This document shows, piece after piece, positions 60,432 through 64,000 of a DNA stretch of 64,000 nucleotides. How positions within the stretch are numbered: position 1 is the stretch's first letter; every line of letters begins with the position of its first letter. The translations under genes were made by a program, and so were the position numbers. The stretch covers positions 288,001 through 352,000 of the forward strand of contig CBDBHR010000028.1 of the NCBI GenBank assembly GCA_965205865.1, read 5' to 3'. The notes under the pieces are model-generated. The model saw nothing but the letters and a program-made list of their open reading frames with translations. It did not search any database and had not been told where the DNA came from. The DNA comes from a bacterium (lineage in GTDB: Bacteria > SAR324 > NAC60-12).

Positions 60432-61685
60432 ATGAAAATACAAGACGCAAAAACATTCATCGTCGGCAATCCTCCGCCTTCCCGGGGAGGTCCTTATTTT
60501 GTTTTCGTCAAACTCATTACGGACAATAATATCGCAGGGTACGGCGAAGTTTACGGAGTCCCTTTCCATCCTTCAAAGGTGGCCATGCTGGTGGAGGACG
60601 TGGTGGCGCGACACGTGATCGATTGGGACCCTTTCAACATTGAACGCCTGTGGCGCATTATCTATTCGGATGGGTACACCCAGCATCCCGACCTGACAAC
60701 GTCAGGGATATTGAGCGGTATCGAGATGGCATGTTGGGACATTGTGGGAAAAGCGCTGGTACAGCCCGTCTACAACTTACTTGGGGGGAAAGCCCATGAA
60801 AAACTGAGATCGTACACTTATTTGTATGACGACGCATTGGATGAAGGGCAGTCTGAAGCGGCGGGTGTGAGTTCGAAAGAAATGATCCTCCAGCATTCGA
60901 GATTTTTCCAGGACCCGGCACGAGCATGCGCAAGGGCTTTGAAATACGTGAAGCAGGGATTCACGGCAGTCAAATTCGATCCGGTAATGCCCATGACCGT
61001 TTACGATCCAAGGCAATTGACTCTGGAGGAACTTGAAACCGCTGAAATAGTTACGCGCAGTCTGAGAGAGGCGGTTGGCAGTAAATGTGATCTGTTGTTC
61101 GGCACTCACGGACAGATGACCACTGCCAGCGCAATCCGCCTCGCCAGACGATTGGAACCCTTTGATCCGCTATGGTTTGAAGAACCGGTACCACCGGAGA
61201 ATCGAACCGAAATGGCCCGCGTTGCGCATGCCACGAGCATCCCGGTAGCCTGTGGGGAACGACTGGCAACCAAGTACGATTTTGCCGAGGTGCTGGAGAA
61301 AAAGTCAGCAGCAATCCTGCAACCGGCGCTGGGAAGAGTGGGGGGCATCCTGGAAGCGAAGAAGATCGCCGGTATGGCCGAAGCCCATTACGCGCAGTTG
61401 GCGCCGCATTTGTATTGCGGTCCTCTGGAAGCGGCCGCCAACATCCAAGTGGCAACCTGCAGCCCTAATTTTCTGATCCTGGAGAGCATCGAACGCTTCG
61501 GAGGGATGCACGCGAAGCTCTTGAAAAAACCGATTCTCTGGCAAGACGGCTATGTTATTCCGTCAACAGAGCCCGGGCTCGGGTATGAACTGGACGAAAG
61601 CGTTGCGCTCGAATACGCCTATGATATTTCAGACAATACGGTGTGGCCGCCTCTTATGGATGAGCCGCTGATCCGAGAAAGATAA
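60432..61685 (+). CDS. Mandelate racemase/muconate lactonizing enzyme family dehydratase
   Basis: IEMACWDIVGK, KFD, WFEEP, GERL and APH motifs. Confidence 0.9.
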   Translation: MKIQDAKTFIVGNPPPSRGGPYFVFVKLITDNNIAGYGEVYGVPFHPSKVAMLVEDVVARHVIDWDPFNIERLWRIIYSDGYTQHPDLTTSGILSGIEMACWDIVGKALVQPVYNLLGGKAHEKLRSYTYLYDDALDEGQSEAAGVSSKEMILQHSRFFQDPARACARALKYVKQGFTAVKFDPVMPMTVYDPRQLTLEELETAEIVTRSLREAVGSKCDLLFGTHGQMTTASAIRLARRLEPFDPLWFEEPVPPENRTEMARVAHATSIPVACGERLATKYDFAEVLEKKSAAILQPALGRVGGILEAKKIAGMAEAHYAQLAPHLYCGPLEAAANIQVATCSPNFLILESIERFGGMHAKLLKKPILWQDGYVIPSTEPGLGYELDESVALEYAYDISDNTVWPPLMDEPLIRER

Positions 61686-61688
61686 CTT

Positions 61689-62759
61689 TCAATCCTCCCA
61701 GGGATGGAGGACGATTTTTCCGCATTCTCCACGTGATTGCAGCTCGAAGGCATCCGGGGTACGGGACATGGGCAGACGGTGGGTGATTTGCCTGTCCAGT
61801 AACGGGCTGCAATCGCGGATCACCTGCATCAGTTTCGGGGCGTCGTATATATTGTACATCCAGGCACCACACAGAGTCAGACCCTTAAAGATAAAATTGG
61901 GTTCGACTGCCAGCTTTATGTAATCTTTGTCTTTGTTAAAATACTGGCCTCCCAACAATGCCAGTTTTCCCAGACGGCGGAGGGCGTCGAGGGCCAGTTG
62001 CAACCCCTCGGGATTGTTTGAACTGCAATCGATTGCAGCATCCACTCCTCTCCCTTTCGTGAGATCCATAATTTGCTCCAATGCGCCCTCACGGGTAGGA
62101 TCGAGCGCTGCCATTGCTCCCAAATCGGAAGCCAACCGTCTTCGATAGGGATGGGGTTCCAAGGCGATGGCATGAGCACGGCGATGCGTGGCGTTGACAA
62201 CCGCTCCGAGACCCACGGCGCCTGCTCCGATGACCAGCACCGTCTCCCCTTCGTTCAATTCGATGCGTTGCATGGCTCCGAAAGAAGGTCCCAATCCGCA
62301 ACACATCATGCCGCCATGATCGATGGAGACGTCCTCGGGAATGGGGGTCAGCATCCAATCTTCTTTGAGCATGTACTGGGCCCAGGTCCCGCTTACATCG
62401 TTTGCCTCAGAGTTCCCATCCTCATCAAAGTTGATGACTTTCCGGATGTGATCCACGTTATTTTGACAGTAAAGAACATCACCGGATCGACAATATTCGC
62501 AAGTTCCACATAAATTTGCGCTCGCTAGGATGGCCACCCGATCTCCCACCTTCACTTTAGCAGAGCGGTCGACCTCCACCACTTCACCCGCCGCCTCGTG
62601 TCCCAACGAAGCAAGTTTGAGTCCGGCTTTAAACGTTCTGTGTTCGGAGCACATGGGGGCGCTGAGCACTTTCACCACCACCCATTCATCTTTTGCCCGG
62701 GGGTCGGGTTGATTCACCAACTCGAATTGATAGGGTTCGGTAATTTTCGCGACTTTCAT
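61689..62759 (-). CDS. Zinc-binding (medium-chain) dehydrogenase
   Basis: GHE, CGTCEYC..G....C and GAGAVG motifs. Confidence 0.9.
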   Translation of the reverse strand: MKVAKITEPYQFELVNQPDPRAKDEWVVVKVLSAPMCSEHRTFKAGLKLASLGHEAAGEVVEVDRSAKVKVGDRVAILASANLCGTCEYCRSGDVLYCQNNVDHIRKVINFDEDGNSEANDVSGTWAQYMLKEDWMLTPIPEDVSIDHGGMMCCGLGPSFGAMQRIELNEGETVLVIGAGAVGLGAVVNATHRRAHAIALEPHPYRRRLASDLGAMAALDPTREGALEQIMDLTKGRGVDAAIDCSSNNPEGLQLALDALRRLGKLALLGGQYFNKDKDYIKLAVEPNFIFKGLTLCGAWMYNIYDAPKLMQVIRDCSPLLDRQITHRLPMSRTPDAFELQSRGECGKIVLHPWED

Positions 62760-63751
62760 TATTTCTCCTTTTTTTTGTGGAGTACCTCGGGATTGACTGC
62801 AGTGGGCAGTTTTTCACCGAGGACTCCGTTCAACAGGTTTTTGACAGCCAACTCACGCATGGCCCGGCGGGTTTCATGAGTAGCGCTGCCTATATGGGGG
62901 AAACAGACCACATTTGGCAACCGCACGATGGGATCGTCCGGATCATGTGGTTCCCTTTCAAAGACGTCGAGTGCCGCTCCGGAAATCTGACCGCTTTCCA
63001 GTGCTTTGGTCAAGGCGCCTTGATCTACCAATCCTCCCCGTGCCGTATTGACCAGGAAGGCGCTGGGTTTCATCTTACTCAATTCTGCTGCTCCAATGAG
63101 GTGACGGGTCGATTCGTCCAGGTTGGTATGCAGGCTGACAAAGTCGGACTCAGCCAACAAATCGTCCAAGGATCTGTATTCACTTTCGGGAGCGCCCGTC
63201 GGTAAACTATCAAACACGTCGTACCAGATGGTGCGCATTTTCAACGCCTGCATGCGACGAGTGACCTCTTGTCCGATACGGCCAAAGCCAATTACTCCCA
63301 GGGTTTTCCCTTGAATATCGATTCCGAGGCTTGGAGGGGTTTCGTTGCGAGCCCAACTCCCACTGCGCACGAAGGGTTCGTGCTGAAACAGTTTTTGAGC
63401 CAGACCGAGAATCATCGTCATGGTTAAATTCGCCACCGCGTCATTGAGCACGCCCGGCGTGTGACCGATAACCACCCCGCGACGGGTTGCCTCGGGGACG
63501 TCGACGGGGTCATATCCTACGCTTTGGGTGGAAAAGACTTTTAATTCAGGCGCGGCGTCCAAAAATTCGGCATTGACGGTGATCCGGGGCGTGCCCAGCA
63601 CCCCTACGACATCCTGAATTGCTGCCAGCAATTCGGCGCGTGGCGCCCGGATATCGACATAATTGACTTCGCAGACTTCCTCAATTTGAGACTTGAGGTC
63701 ATCTTCGAGGGGCAACGAAACAACTACCTTTGGTTTTTCCTTCGAACTCAT
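62759..63751 (-). CDS. D-2-hydroxyacid dehydrogenase (glyoxylate reductase-like)
   Basis: VGYD, GFGRIG, NTARG, LDVFE.EP and PHIGSAT motifs. Confidence 0.92.
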   Translation of the reverse strand: MSSKEKPKVVVSLPLEDDLKSQIEEVCEVNYVDIRAPRAELLAAIQDVVGVLGTPRITVNAEFLDAAPELKVFSTQSVGYDPVDVPEATRRGVVIGHTPGVLNDAVANLTMTMILGLAQKLFQHEPFVRSGSWARNETPPSLGIDIQGKTLGVIGFGRIGQEVTRRMQALKMRTIWYDVFDSLPTGAPESEYRSLDDLLAESDFVSLHTNLDESTRHLIGAAELSKMKPSAFLVNTARGGLVDQGALTKALESGQISGAALDVFEREPHDPDDPIVRLPNVVCFPHIGSATHETRRAMRELAVKNLLNGVLGEKLPTAVNPEVLHKKKEK

Positions 63752-64000
63752 TGATTCCTTTCTTCTTTCGTTAATAAATTTTTTGTGAGAATTTTCTTAT
63801 CGACTCTGACAAACATCCCAATCAACTCTGACAAAAACGACAATCCCGCTTCCCTGGCCGTTCCATTGACGAATCGTTGGGCAAACTCAATTTTATTTCT
63901 ATTTTATGGCGGTTTCACTATACCACTCTGCTCCTTCCTGGCCTGGTTCCGGTAATATCTTTCCATCTTCCATCGACCAGGAAGCAGGGCCTTCGGAAAT

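Overview
Bacterial chromosomal window. Gene content suggests a deltaproteobacterial/SAR324-like organism (inference only). Bases 1-27.4 kb are core genes: ABC ATPase, acyl-CoA carboxyltransferase, gltA, gltX, a repeat-rich FGE-sulfatase-domain protein, waaA, tRNA-Thr, yicC, cytidylate kinase, tRNA-Pro, GspC-like protein, a receiver-LpxC fusion, nusB, a 1514-aa single-chain carboxylase, and leuA with a Leu-rich attenuator. Bases ~27.4-60.4 kb are a mosaic accessory region with IS elements, REP-like palindromes, a Panacea toxin-antitoxin pair, two thermonucleases and a single-chain R-M enzyme. Three catabolic genes close the window. Main finding: four same-orientation copies of an RT-deleted group II intron, each sitting at the same position of an ~80-bp GGGGTCAGG...CCTGACCCC palindrome. 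These units separate unrelated gene blocks and lie near a RAYT-like transposase remnant. One copy hosts a second intron (twintron), and a third intron lineage sits in a different REP. EBS1 guides for all three lineages can be read from the sequence. Second finding: a covarying structured RNA leader upstream of both thermonuclease genes. All calls come from manual motif reading, with no database search. Several frameshifts may be sequencing errors.
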